The notes beneath the pieces are model-generated. The model did no database searches. It was not told the origin of the DNA and saw nothing but the letters and a program-made list of their open reading frames with translations. From Candidatus Eiseniibacteriota bacterium (GTDB lineage Bacteria; ARS69): 15,974 bases of DNA. The position numbers and the translations under genes are program-made. The stretch is taken from assembly GCA_052390515.1 (NCBI GenBank), contig JBQTGV010000013.1, positions 1-15,974 on the forward strand, read 5' to 3'. Below, piece by piece: positions 7,364-15,799 of the stretch. Within the stretch, counting starts at the first letter, position 1; each line of letters starts with the position of its first letter.

Positions 7364-7411
7364 AATCCGTCATACAATCCGCACATTCGCGCCGATCCTG
7401 CTTCCTGGAGG
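7346..7411 (+). promoter_or_regulatory. Candidate promoter elements and RBS for the GYF-AIM24 gene
   Basis: GCAACC (7346-7351) - 16 nt - CGTC (7368-7371), an ECF-sigma-like AAC...CGT spacing. TACAAT at 7373-7378 is sigma70 -10-like. SD GGAGG at 7407-7411 lies 7 nt before ATG 7419. Confidence 0.5.
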
Positions 7412-7418
7412 AACCGAC

Positions 7419-8441
7419 ATGGACGCGCAGGCCGCTTGGTACATCGCCGTGCAGGGCAAGAACGAGGGCCCGTTCACTCGGGACGAGATCGCGGCGAAGC
7501 TCGCCGCGGGACAGATCACGGAGGAGACCTTCGTGTACACCGCGGGAATGGCTGGCTGGGAGCCGATCAAGAGGGTCGGAGCGCTCCGCGGCGGGAACGG
7601 GGCGCCGCCGCCCCAGCCGCCCGCCGCCCTGACCGGGAAGCGCTCGGACGAGATCGACTACGAGATCTTCGGCGAGGAGATGCAGTTCGTGGAGATCACG
7701 CTCGATCCCGGCGAGGCAACCGTCGCCGAGGCCGGTTCCTTCATGTACATGGATCCGGCCATCCAGATGGAGACGATCTTCGGCGACGGAAGTCACCGCG
7801 CGCAGAGCCAGGGCTTCCTGGACAAGATGCTGTCCGCCGGCAAGCGCGTGCTCACCGGAGAGTCCCTGTTCATGACGCTCTTCGGAAACGCCGGCGCGAC
7901 GCGGCAGAAAGTGGCCTTCGCCTCTCCGTATCCCGGCCGCATCCTCGCCATCGACCTGCCATCGCACGGAGGCACGATGCTCTGCCAGAAGGACTCGTTC
8001 CTCTGTGCCGCGAAGGGCGTGTCGGTCGGCATCGCGTTCCAGAAGCGGCTGGGCGCCGGCCTCTTCGGTGGCGAAGGCTTCATCCTGCAGAAGCTCGAGG
8101 GCGACGGCATCGCCTTCGTGCACGCGGGGGGCCACGTCGTGCAGCGCGAACTCGCCCCCGGAGAGACGCTGCGGCTGGACACCGGCTGCCTCGTCGCGTT
8201 CGAACAGCACGTGAGCTACGACATCCAGTTCGTCGGCGGGATCAAGACGGCGCTGTTCGGCGGCGAAGGTCTCTTCTTCGCCACCCTGACCGGACCGGGG
8301 CGCGTGTTCGTGCAGTCGCTGCCCTTCAGCCGGCTCGCCAGCCGGGTGATGGCCGCGGCGTCGCGCACCGGCCGCCGCCGCGAGGAGGGTTCGCTGCTCG
8401 ACCACGTCGGTGGTCTGGGCCGTCTCATCGACGGGGATTGA
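7419..8441 (+). CDS. TIGR00266/AIM24-family protein with N-terminal GYF_2 (DUF4339) domain
   Basis: 340 aa from ATG 7419 with a strong SD. The N-terminal WY...G...GPF...I......G.I..ET.V...GM.GW fits GYF_2. A Pro-rich linker is followed by [53 protein letters not shown] and [14 protein letters not shown] (AIM24). Confidence 0.9.
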   Translation: MDAQAAWYIAVQGKNEGPFTRDEIAAKLAAGQITEETFVYTAGMAGWEPIKRVGALRGGNGAPPPQPPAALTGKRSDEIDYEIFGEEMQFVEITLDPGEATVAEAGSFMYMDPAIQMETIFGDGSHRAQSQGFLDKMLSAGKRVLTGESLFMTLFGNAGATRQKVAFASPYPGRILAIDLPSHGGTMLCQKDSFLCAAKGVSVGIAFQKRLGAGLFGGEGFILQKLEGDGIAFVHAGGHVVQRELAPGETLRLDTGCLVAFEQHVSYDIQFVGGIKTALFGGEGLFFATLTGPGRVFVQSLPFSRLASRVMAAASRTGRRREEGSLLDHVGGLGRLIDGD

Positions 8442-8452
8442 GAAAGGGCGCG

Positions 8453-8479
8453 CAAGGTCGCCGGGGTCGAGGCCGATGA
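8453..8479 (+). promoter_or_regulatory. Sigma28 (FliA/SigD)-like promoter upstream of the hybrid kinase
   Basis: CAAG (8453-8456) - 15 nt - GCCGATGA (8472-8479), compared with the consensus TAAA/TCAAG-N15-GCCGATAA. Confidence 0.5.
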
Positions 8480-8518
8480 GTAGGGCATCGCGCGCCCCGA
8501 GCCTCCCGGAACGACCTC

Positions 8519-10444
8519 TTGACCGACCCTCACTCCGACGACGACCCCCCTGCGCTGCGCCGCTGCCTGGAGCGTGAGCGGTCGCAGCGGCGGGCGGCGG
8601 AGAGCCGCCTCTCCGAGAAGAGCCGCGAGCTGCTGGACACCTACCAGAGCCTGCAGCGCGCGGACGAGGAGCTGGACGCCCGCGTGGCCGAGCGCACGCG
8701 CGCGCTGCAGGAAGCGAACCTACTGCTGCAGTCCGAGGTGGCCGAGCGGCAGAAGGCCGAGGGCCACCTGCGCGAGGCTCGCGACCGCGCCGAGGTGGCG
8801 ACGGACGGACTGCGCTTCGCGCTGGACGAGTCCGAGCGGCTGCGGCAGGCCGCGGAGGTCGCGGCCCGCACCAAGGCGGAATTCCTGGCGAACATGAGCC
8901 ACGAGATCCGCACGCCGATGAACGGCATCCTCGGCATGGTGCAGCTGCTGGAGACGACCATGCTCTCCGGCGTGCAGCACCAGTACCTCGAAACGGTGCG
9001 CACGTCGGCCGACGCGCTGCTCGCGCTCATTAACGACATCCTGGATCTCTCCAAGATCGAGGCCGGGGGGATGGAGATCGAGGAGATCCCGTTCGACCTC
9101 GTCGAGACGATCGAGAACGTCGGCGATCTCCTGGCCATGCGCGCGCACGAGAAGGACGTGGATCTGATCGTGCGCTACGGCTCCGGACTTCCCGGCGTGC
9201 TGCGCGGCGACCCCGATCGCCTTCGCCAAGTCCTCGTGAACCTCCTCGGCAACGCGGTGAAGTTCACGCCGGCCGGGCACGTCCTCCTCCAGGCCGCCTG
9301 CGACCGGACCGAGGAAGGGCGCGCCCACCTCGTGCTCGAGGTGAAGGACACCGGCATCGGCATCGACGCCGACAAGCTGGAGATGATCTTCGAGAAGTTC
9401 ACCCAGGCGGACGGCTCCACGACCAGGCTCTACGGCGGGACCGGGCTCGGCCTGTCCATCAGCCGCGAGCTCGCCGAGATGATGGGCGGCACGCTGACGG
9501 CGGAGAGCCGCCGCGGCGAAGGTTCCACGTTCCGGCTGCGGATCGCGCTGCCGATCGTCGAGGCGGCCCCGGCTGCGGTCCCGACTCCCCATGCCGGCGG
9601 GCGTGCGCTCGTGCTCGATCCCTCGCCGCTCTCTCGCACCGTGCTGGCCGAGCTCCTGGGGCAGCTGGGCGTCGCCGTGGACGAGGCAGCGTCGGCCGAG
9701 GACCTCGTGCGGATCCTGGCCTCGGCGCACACGCCGGCCTGGCGATGGATCCTCGCCGAGATCACGGACGCGAACGCGGCCTCGGAGATCGCCGGTTCGG
9801 TGCGGGAGCGCTACGGCGAGATCGCTCCGACGCTCATCGCCGTGACCCGGCTCGGCTCCGGCGCCGACCGGCTGCAGCTCCTGGAGCACGGCTTCCAGGG
9901 GCTCATCATGAAGCCGGTGCGCCCGTCGCGCCTCCCCGATCTGCTGGAGAAGGCACGCGGCGGCGCGCTCGAGGTGCCCAAGGTCTCCCGCCGGCCGCAC
10001 CCCAGCACGTCGCTCAGCCGCCCGCCCTCCGGCACGGCCCGTCAGATCCGCATCCTTGTCGCCGAGGACAACGTGGTGAATCAACGCGTGGCCCAGGGAA
10101 TGCTGGAGAAGATGGGCTGCCGCGTGGAGATCGCCGGGGACGGACGCGAGGCGCTCGCCCGCGTGGCGGCGGAGTGCCCGGACCTCGTGTTCATGGACTG
10201 TCAGATGCCGGTCATGGACGGGTACGCGGCCGCGCGAGAGATCCGCCGACTCCAAGCGCCCGCGCGCGACGTCCCCATCATCGCCATGACCGCGCACGCC
10301 ATGGCCGGCGACCGGGAGAAGTGCCTCGAGGCCGGGATGAGCGACTACGTGGCGAAGCCGGTGCGCATCGCCGCCGTCCGCGAGGCCATCGAGAAGTGGT
10401 GCGGCGGTGACCTGCGCGTTCCGGAGCTCAGCGCTCCTGCCTAG
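8519..10444 (+). CDS. Soluble hybrid sensor histidine kinase (coiled coil - HisKA - HATPase - degenerate REC - REC)
   Basis: H-box FLANMSHEIRTPMNGI, N-box NLLGNAVKFT, G1 DTGIGI, F-box FEKFTQAD and G2 GGTGLGL. The C-terminal receiver has AEDN...FMDCQMP...MTA...KP. No TM segments. The TTG start is uncertain. Confidence 0.93.
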   Translation: MTDPHSDDDPPALRRCLERERSQRRAAESRLSEKSRELLDTYQSLQRADEELDARVAERTRALQEANLLLQSEVAERQKAEGHLREARDRAEVATDGLRFALDESERLRQAAEVAARTKAEFLANMSHEIRTPMNGILGMVQLLETTMLSGVQHQYLETVRTSADALLALINDILDLSKIEAGGMEIEEIPFDLVETIENVGDLLAMRAHEKDVDLIVRYGSGLPGVLRGDPDRLRQVLVNLLGNAVKFTPAGHVLLQAACDRTEEGRAHLVLEVKDTGIGIDADKLEMIFEKFTQADGSTTRLYGGTGLGLSISRELAEMMGGTLTAESRRGEGSTFRLRIALPIVEAAPAAVPTPHAGGRALVLDPSPLSRTVLAELLGQLGVAVDEAASAEDLVRILASAHTPAWRWILAEITDANAASEIAGSVRERYGEIAPTLIAVTRLGSGADRLQLLEHGFQGLIMKPVRPSRLPDLLEKARGGALEVPKVSRRPHPSTSLSRPPSGTARQIRILVAEDNVVNQRVAQGMLEKMGCRVEIAGDGREALARVAAECPDLVFMDCQMPVMDGYAAAREIRRLQAPARDVPIIAMTAHAMAGDREKCLEAGMSDYVAKPVRIAAVREAIEKWCGGDLRVPELSAPA

Positions 10445-12389
10445 TGTTCCGTCTCGGAACATTGGCCCGGCGCCGGAGCAGCGTGATCCCGAGGGCGATC
10501 AGCACGGCGCTTCCCGTCCAGCCCGCCGGACCCGAGAGCCAGGGCGGCAGCGTGCCCGAGCGGCCGGCGAGGATGGCGATGCCGTTGTAGGTCGCGTGGA
10601 AGACCATCGCCGGAAAAAGCGAGCCGGTTCGCACCACGATCGTGCCGAGCACGGCGCCCAACAGGAACGTCGGGGCGAGGCGGAAGACGTTCAGGTGGAT
10701 AGCCGCGAACATCGCCGACGACGCCAGCACCGCGGCGCGAGCGGTTCCGGTCCGGCGGAGCAGCCCGAGGAACACGCCGCGGAACACCAGCTCCTCGCAG
10801 ACGCCCGGGCTCAGCGCGACGAGGAACAGCAGCCGGCCGGTGCTCAGCTCGGCGAGTCCCTCCTGCACCGGGCGAAGCGCGTCCTCCGGCATCGGCAGGA
10901 AGAGAGACTGAATGCGCGCCAGTCCGTCCACCATGGGTAGGACCGCGCCAGCACCGAGCGTCGCGGCGCCGAGCAGCTCGGGGAGCCTCGGGCGGCGGAG
11001 CGCGAGCACTTCGGCGAGCCGCCCGCCGGCCCACGCGAACCGCAGCGCGAGCGCGCCCAGCACCGGGAGCACGATCCACAAGCTCTGGGCTAGGCCGGCC
11101 TGCAGGTCACGGGACTGCAGCTGCTGGCCCACGTAGAAGAAGCCGAGCACCGTGCCGGCCATCCCCAGCCAGGCGGCGCGGCGGCGCCCCGCGGGCGTCC
11201 CTCCGAAGAGCGGCTCCGGAGCGAACCCCAGGATCGTGTCCTCGCGGGAGAGCACGCCGGCGGTCCAGCGCACCACGAGCGCCGCCCAGGCCAGGGACGA
11301 CGCCGCCACCAAGGCGATGCGCATCAGCGGCACGTCGCCGAGCAGCACGTCGCGCAGCGCGACGGCGACGTTGGCCACCGGCAGCAGCGCCACGAACGGA
11401 TCCAGGCGCACGTCCTGCGTCCGCGAGAGGATCGCCGGGACGAAGGCGAGCAGCATCGCGGGAAGGACGTAGTACTGCGCTTCCTTCTGGCTGCGCGCGA
11501 ACGCGGAGATGCCGAGCAGCAGGCCGCCGACGAGCGCGGACAGCGGAGCGACCAGCACGAAGCACAGCAGGATGCCGCTCGGGGAGAGGGCCGTCGCCTC
11601 GGCGCCGCCCTCGCTGATCAGCCCGAACCGGTAGCACAGCACCAGGCTCGCGAGGCTGAGTGCTCCGGTGAGCAGCGTCCCCGCCGCCACGACGACGAAC
11701 TTGGCCCTGGCGATCTCCGCGCGGCGTACCGGTGCGAGGTACAGCGTCTCCAGCGTGGCACGCTCCTTCTCGCCGGCGACGACGTCCACGGCGAGCGGCG
11801 CCGCGCCGAGGAACAGCGTGAGGATCACCAGGAACGGCACCAGCCGTCCCGCCTCGGCGCCGCCGGCCTCCTCGGCGGTGGCGACATCGATCTCGGTGAC
11901 GGCCACGAGGGCGTCGAGGTCCTCGCGACCTCCGGCCTCGCGGTAGCGGCGCTCCCGCTCCCGCTCCCTGGCCTCGTCGACGGCCGAGCGCACGCGCTCG
12001 AGCGCGGCCGCCGCGTTCGGTTCGGTCCCCTGGTGCACGAGCCGGACCTTCGCCGGGCCCTTCGCCGCGTCCACCCAGACCTCCAACCGTCCTTCGCGCA
12101 CGCGCTCGAGCAGGAGCTCCGCGTCCGAATCGCCGACCAGGACGAGACCGCTCGTGCGTCGCAGCACCTCGCGCAGCGGCTCCGCCTCGCCGGTGACGGC
12201 CACGCGGAAGGCGCTGTCCTCCGAGCGCTCCGCCTGCCGCCGCTCGAGCCAGGTCTGGAAGGTGAACGTCGCCGGGTAGATCAGGATGGGCAGCACCACG
12301 GAGGCGAACAGCATGCGCCGGTCGCGGCGAAGCTCCGCGACCTCTTTCGCCACGAAGGCGCCGCTTCGCCCCCACCAGCGGCGGATCAC
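10428..12389 (-). CDS. NatB-like ABC-2 permease fused to a C-terminal CPBP (Abi/CAAX) intramembrane metalloprotease
   Basis: 653 aa from GTG 12389, a GTGA overlap with the ATPase stop. Permease motifs are KE..ELRRDRR, D.VAGEKERATLETL...PV.R and FARSQKEAQ.Y. CPBP motifs are CEELVFRG, FAAIH and H.TYN. Confidence 0.9.
   Translation of the reverse strand: MIRRWWGRSGAFVAKEVAELRRDRRMLFASVVLPILIYPATFTFQTWLERRQAERSEDSAFRVAVTGEAEPLREVLRRTSGLVLVGDSDAELLLERVREGRLEVWVDAAKGPAKVRLVHQGTEPNAAAALERVRSAVDEARERERERRYREAGGREDLDALVAVTEIDVATAEEAGGAEAGRLVPFLVILTLFLGAAPLAVDVVAGEKERATLETLYLAPVRRAEIARAKFVVVAAGTLLTGALSLASLVLCYRFGLISEGGAEATALSPSGILLCFVLVAPLSALVGGLLLGISAFARSQKEAQYYVLPAMLLAFVPAILSRTQDVRLDPFVALLPVANVAVALRDVLLGDVPLMRIALVAASSLAWAALVVRWTAGVLSREDTILGFAPEPLFGGTPAGRRRAAWLGMAGTVLGFFYVGQQLQSRDLQAGLAQSLWIVLPVLGALALRFAWAGGRLAEVLALRRPRLPELLGAATLGAGAVLPMVDGLARIQSLFLPMPEDALRPVQEGLAELSTGRLLFLVALSPGVCEELVFRGVFLGLLRRTGTARAAVLASSAMFAAIHLNVFRLAPTFLLGAVLGTIVVRTGSLFPAMVFHATYNGIAILAGRSGTLPPWLSGPAGWTGSAVLIALGITLLRRRANVPRRNTRQER
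10443..10463. repeat. Short hairpin at a convergent gene junction, related to the 5261-5410 element
   Basis: AGTGTTCCG-TCT-CGGAACATT (9-bp stem with one G-T pair). 10443-10456 matches the reverse complement of 5397-5410 at 13 of 14 positions. Confidence 0.5.
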
Positions 12390-13150
12390 GCCGTCCCCAC
12401 CCCCTCCGGCGCCACGATCTCGCGGAACACATCCTCGAGGTAGTGCCGGGCGGTCCGCTCGCGCAGCTCGGGCAGCGTGCCCGAAGCGCGGATCGTCCCC
12501 TGGTGGATCACCGCGATGCGGTCGCACAGCCGCTCCGCCTCGCTCATGATGTGAGTGCTGAACAGCACGCACTTGCCCGCGTCCCGGCACTGCTCGACGA
12601 AGGACAGCGTGGACTGCGCGGCGAGCACGTCGAGCCCGGACGTGGGCTCGTCGAGCACCAGCACCGGGGGATCGTGCACCACCGTCCGCCCGATGTTCGT
12701 CTTCTGCTTCATGCCGGTGGACAGCTTCTCGCAGCGCTGATCGGCGAAGCCGGCGATGCCGAAGGTCTCCAGCACGTGCGTCACCCGCGCCTCCAGCGCG
12801 GCGCCCTCCAGGCCGTGGAACTGACCGAAGAACCGCAAGGTCTCGCGCGGGGTGAGCCGGTGATAGAGCCCGGTCGTGCCCGACAGGAAGCCGATGGACT
12901 CGCGCACGCGGGTCGACTCCGCGCGCACGTCGTGACCGGCGACGCGCGCCGTGCCCGCGGTGGGCGTCAGCACCGTCGAGAGCATGCGCAGCGTCGTCGT
13001 CTTCCCCGCCCCGTTGAGACCGAGAAGACCGAAGATCTCGCCGGCACGGCACTCGAACGAGACGCCGTCCACGGCGCGGACCTCGCCCCCGTCGTGACCG
13101 GCGAAGACCTTGGTCAGTCCGGCGACCTCCACCAGCACGCGTCCGCTCAC
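12386..13150 (-). CDS. ABC transporter ATP-binding protein, NatA-like
   Basis: 254 aa from GTG 13150 (GTGA overlap). Walker A GLNGAGKTT, signature variant LSTGMKQK, Walker B LVLDEPT and H-loop FSTHIM. Confidence 0.93.
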   Translation of the reverse strand: MSGRVLVEVAGLTKVFAGHDGGEVRAVDGVSFECRAGEIFGLLGLNGAGKTTTLRMLSTVLTPTAGTARVAGHDVRAESTRVRESIGFLSGTTGLYHRLTPRETLRFFGQFHGLEGAALEARVTHVLETFGIAGFADQRCEKLSTGMKQKTNIGRTVVHDPPVLVLDEPTSGLDVLAAQSTLSFVEQCRDAGKCVLFSTHIMSEAERLCDRIAVIHQGTIRASGTLPELRERTARHYLEDVFREIVAPEGVGTA

Positions 13151-14406
13151 GCTTTCCCCCTCCACCGCCCGGGGATGAGTCGCCGGAGCGCACGCCCCGG
13201 ATCGAGGTAGGTCTCCTCGCGCGTGGCGATGCGGGCCGCCAAGGCGAGCGCCGCCGCCGCCGTCACCGCGAGCACCACCAGCGTGACCGCGATCGGCCCC
13301 GGCGGCAGCTCGCCCTCGAGAGCGCTCTCGAACAGCGCCACCGCGTTCAGCACGGGAACGGTCGCGTGCGCGAGCGAGAAGGGCTGGTCGTCGAACGACA
13401 CGAGCATCCCGGGGATCAGGATCAGCACGTACACCGGGGTCAGCATGGCCTGGCCTTCTCGGTAGTTCCTGGAGAAGGCGGCGATGACCATGAAGACGGC
13501 GGCGAGGAACGCGGCGGTGAGGAACGCCGCCGGCACGATGGCCAGCAGCGCTTGCGGCGCGAGCACGATGCGGATCTCGCCGCTGGCGTCCACCTGATCC
13601 AGCAAGAAACCCAGGAACAGCGTGAGGCTGGCCAGGTTGAGCACGAGTGCGACGACGCTGGAGAGGACAACCATCAGGAACTTGCCGAGGAGCAGCTCCC
13701 CCCGGCCGAGCGGCGCGGTGAGCAGCGTCTCCAGCGTGCCGCGCTCGCGTTCGCCGACGATGGTGTCCAGCGTGGAGTAGAACGCTCCCTGCCCGAGCAT
13801 CAGCAGCAGCACGAGCGGCAGCGCGACCGCCAGGAGCCTCCGGCCGCGCTGTTCCGCGGAAGCCGTGTTCTCCTCCTCGACGCTCCACAGGTCGACCTCC
13901 GCCTCGCCGAGGCCGACGGCGCCGAGCGCCGCCAGGGTCCGTTCACGCCGCCAGGTCTCGACCGCCGCTTCCACGTCCTCGCGCGCCTTCGCCGAGCGCT
14001 CGCGGGAGCGGTCCCAGTACACCACGGCGGAGTCGCCCTCTCCGCCCTCGCCCCGCCTCCACACCAGGGCCGCGGCCAGGCCCTCGCCCTCGGTCTCCGC
14101 GGCGCTGCGGTTCCGGAACTCGTTCGCGGAGAAGAGATCGGTGCGGCGAACGACCTCGACCCCTTCCCGCGCGGCGAGCGAGTCGACCAGGCTCTCCGGC
14201 ACGCCGGATCCCGTGGCGATGCGCGTCACCTCGTCCTCGGACATTCCCCGCATCACCAAGAGGACCTGGAACAGCGCGAAGCCCAGCACCGGGTACAGGA
14301 AGAGCGGCACGAGCACGACGTGCACGACGAGGTTGCGGTCGCGGAGCGTCTCGCGCAGCTCCTTGGCCAGCACGCGGAGCACCCGGGAGGTGCGCAGTCC
14401 AGTCAT
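13147..14406 (-). CDS. NatB-like ABC-2 permease
   Basis: 419 aa from ATG 14406 (ATGA overlap with the APC stop). KELRETLRDR, one TM helix, an extracytoplasmic domain, DTIVGERERGTLETLLTAP, GKFL, FSRNYREGQ and further TM helices. Confidence 0.9.
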   Translation of the reverse strand: MTGLRTSRVLRVLAKELRETLRDRNLVVHVVLVPLFLYPVLGFALFQVLLVMRGMSEDEVTRIATGSGVPESLVDSLAAREGVEVVRRTDLFSANEFRNRSAAETEGEGLAAALVWRRGEGGEGDSAVVYWDRSRERSAKAREDVEAAVETWRRERTLAALGAVGLGEAEVDLWSVEEENTASAEQRGRRLLAVALPLVLLLMLGQGAFYSTLDTIVGERERGTLETLLTAPLGRGELLLGKFLMVVLSSVVALVLNLASLTLFLGFLLDQVDASGEIRIVLAPQALLAIVPAAFLTAAFLAAVFMVIAAFSRNYREGQAMLTPVYVLILIPGMLVSFDDQPFSLAHATVPVLNAVALFESALEGELPPGPIAVTLVVLAVTAAAALALAARIATREETYLDPGRALRRLIPGRWRGKA

Positions 14407-15776
14407 GCCGCGGACGCTGCCTTGTGCCGGCGCCACAGCCGGTAGGCCGGCGCCGAGGAGAGCAGCACGAGGATCCCGATGCCGCTCCGCACCGGGCTCC
14501 TCGCGATCTCGCTCGCGGTCACGCCGAGCGCGGCCAGCACGAAGACCGCGGGGACGACGGGATACCACGGAACGCGGAACGGCCGCTCCCGGTCCGGGAA
14601 CTTCGCCCGCAGGCGGAACAGAGACGTGACCGTGAGCACGTTGTACAGCAGCGACACCGCCACATAGTAGCCGAGCAGCTGCTCGAACGTCCCGGTCAGC
14701 ACGTAGATCGTGGTGACGGCGAAGAGCGCGGTGGCTCCCCAGCGGGGTGCTTGCGTTCCGGGGGACAGGCGCGCCGCGCTTTCGAAGAAGAGCCCGTGGC
14801 GAGCCATCGACCAGAAGTAGCGCGGACCGGCGATGCCTATCCCGAACAGCGCGCCGAACGCGGAGACGACGACGAGCAGGGCGATCAGCCGGCCCCCGGC
14901 GGGCCCGAGCACGGCTTCGGCGGCCGCGGACGCTGCCGACTCGGCGCCCATGAGCTCGTCGAGAGGCACCAAGACGAGGTAGCCGACGTTCACGGCAAGG
15001 TAGAGCGCGGAGACGGCCCCGATGGTGAGCAGCAGCCCGCGCACGATGCGGCGCCGTGGATCCCCGATCTCGCCCCCGACGACGGTGAGGTTCTCCCACC
15101 CGTCGAACGTCCAGAGCACGCCGACGAGCGCCGCGGCGAAGGCTCCGACGGGGGGCCAGCCGGCATCGCCGCCGCCGCTGAGCCGCGCCCAGTTCGCCGG
15201 GCCGACCGCCACGGCGAGGACCGCGAGGAGACCGATCGCCCCGACCTTCGCCAGCGTGAGCGTCGTCTGCACGCCCGCGGAGAAGCGCGTGCCGCGCAGG
15301 TTCAGCAGCCAGACGACCGCCGCGGCGCCGATCGCGAAGGGCTTCACGAGAGCGTCGCCGGCGCCGGCGGCCTGAGCCAGATAAGTGGCGAGGATCGTGG
15401 CGATCGCGGCGGAGGAGGCAGGGTAGCCGACCAGGAACGAGCCCCAGCCCTTGAAGAATGCCGCGAACGGACCCCAGGCGTGCAGCACGAAGAGGAAGCC
15501 GCCGCCCTGGCGCGGATACTGCGCGCCGATCTCGGCATAGGACAGCGCCCCGCACAGCGCGATGATCCCGCCGGCCAGCCAGGCGAGGAGGATCGGCCCC
15601 GGAGCGCGGAGCTCCGCGGCGACGAACCCGGGAACCGCGAAGATTCCGGTGCCGACTACGATGCCCACGGCGATGGCCCAGGCGTCCACTCCGCCGAGAA
15701 CCCGGGAGAGCCCATCGCTCGTCTCCGTGGAGCCCCCGGCGCCCCCCGACCCGACCGGCGGGATCTTTTCGTTCAA
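14403..15776 (-). CDS. APC-superfamily amino acid permease (LAT/SteT-like)
   Basis: 457 aa with about 12 TM helices. Motifs VGTGIF (TM1), GALSYAEIGA.YP..GG, FDGWE (TM6), GEI.DP.R and RPFRVP.YP. TTG start with SD-like GAGGGGG 9 nt upstream. Confidence 0.92.
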   Translation of the reverse strand: MNEKIPPVGSGGAGGSTETSDGLSRVLGGVDAWAIAVGIVVGTGIFAVPGFVAAELRAPGPILLAWLAGGIIALCGALSYAEIGAQYPRQGGGFLFVLHAWGPFAAFFKGWGSFLVGYPASSAAIATILATYLAQAAGAGDALVKPFAIGAAAVVWLLNLRGTRFSAGVQTTLTLAKVGAIGLLAVLAVAVGPANWARLSGGGDAGWPPVGAFAAALVGVLWTFDGWENLTVVGGEIGDPRRRIVRGLLLTIGAVSALYLAVNVGYLVLVPLDELMGAESAASAAAEAVLGPAGGRLIALLVVVSAFGALFGIGIAGPRYFWSMARHGLFFESAARLSPGTQAPRWGATALFAVTTIYVLTGTFEQLLGYYVAVSLLYNVLTVTSLFRLRAKFPDRERPFRVPWYPVVPAVFVLAALGVTASEIARSPVRSGIGILVLLSSAPAYRLWRRHKAASAA

Positions 15777-15799
15777 AGTGCCATGCCCCCTCGCCGATT

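Noticed and set aside
5406-8479. Very long ORFs 5406..8405 (-, 999 aa) and 5546..8479 (+, 977 aa)
   Set aside because: They are Arg/Gly/Ala-rich alternate frames spanning two real divergent genes and their intergenic region, with no recognisable domain.
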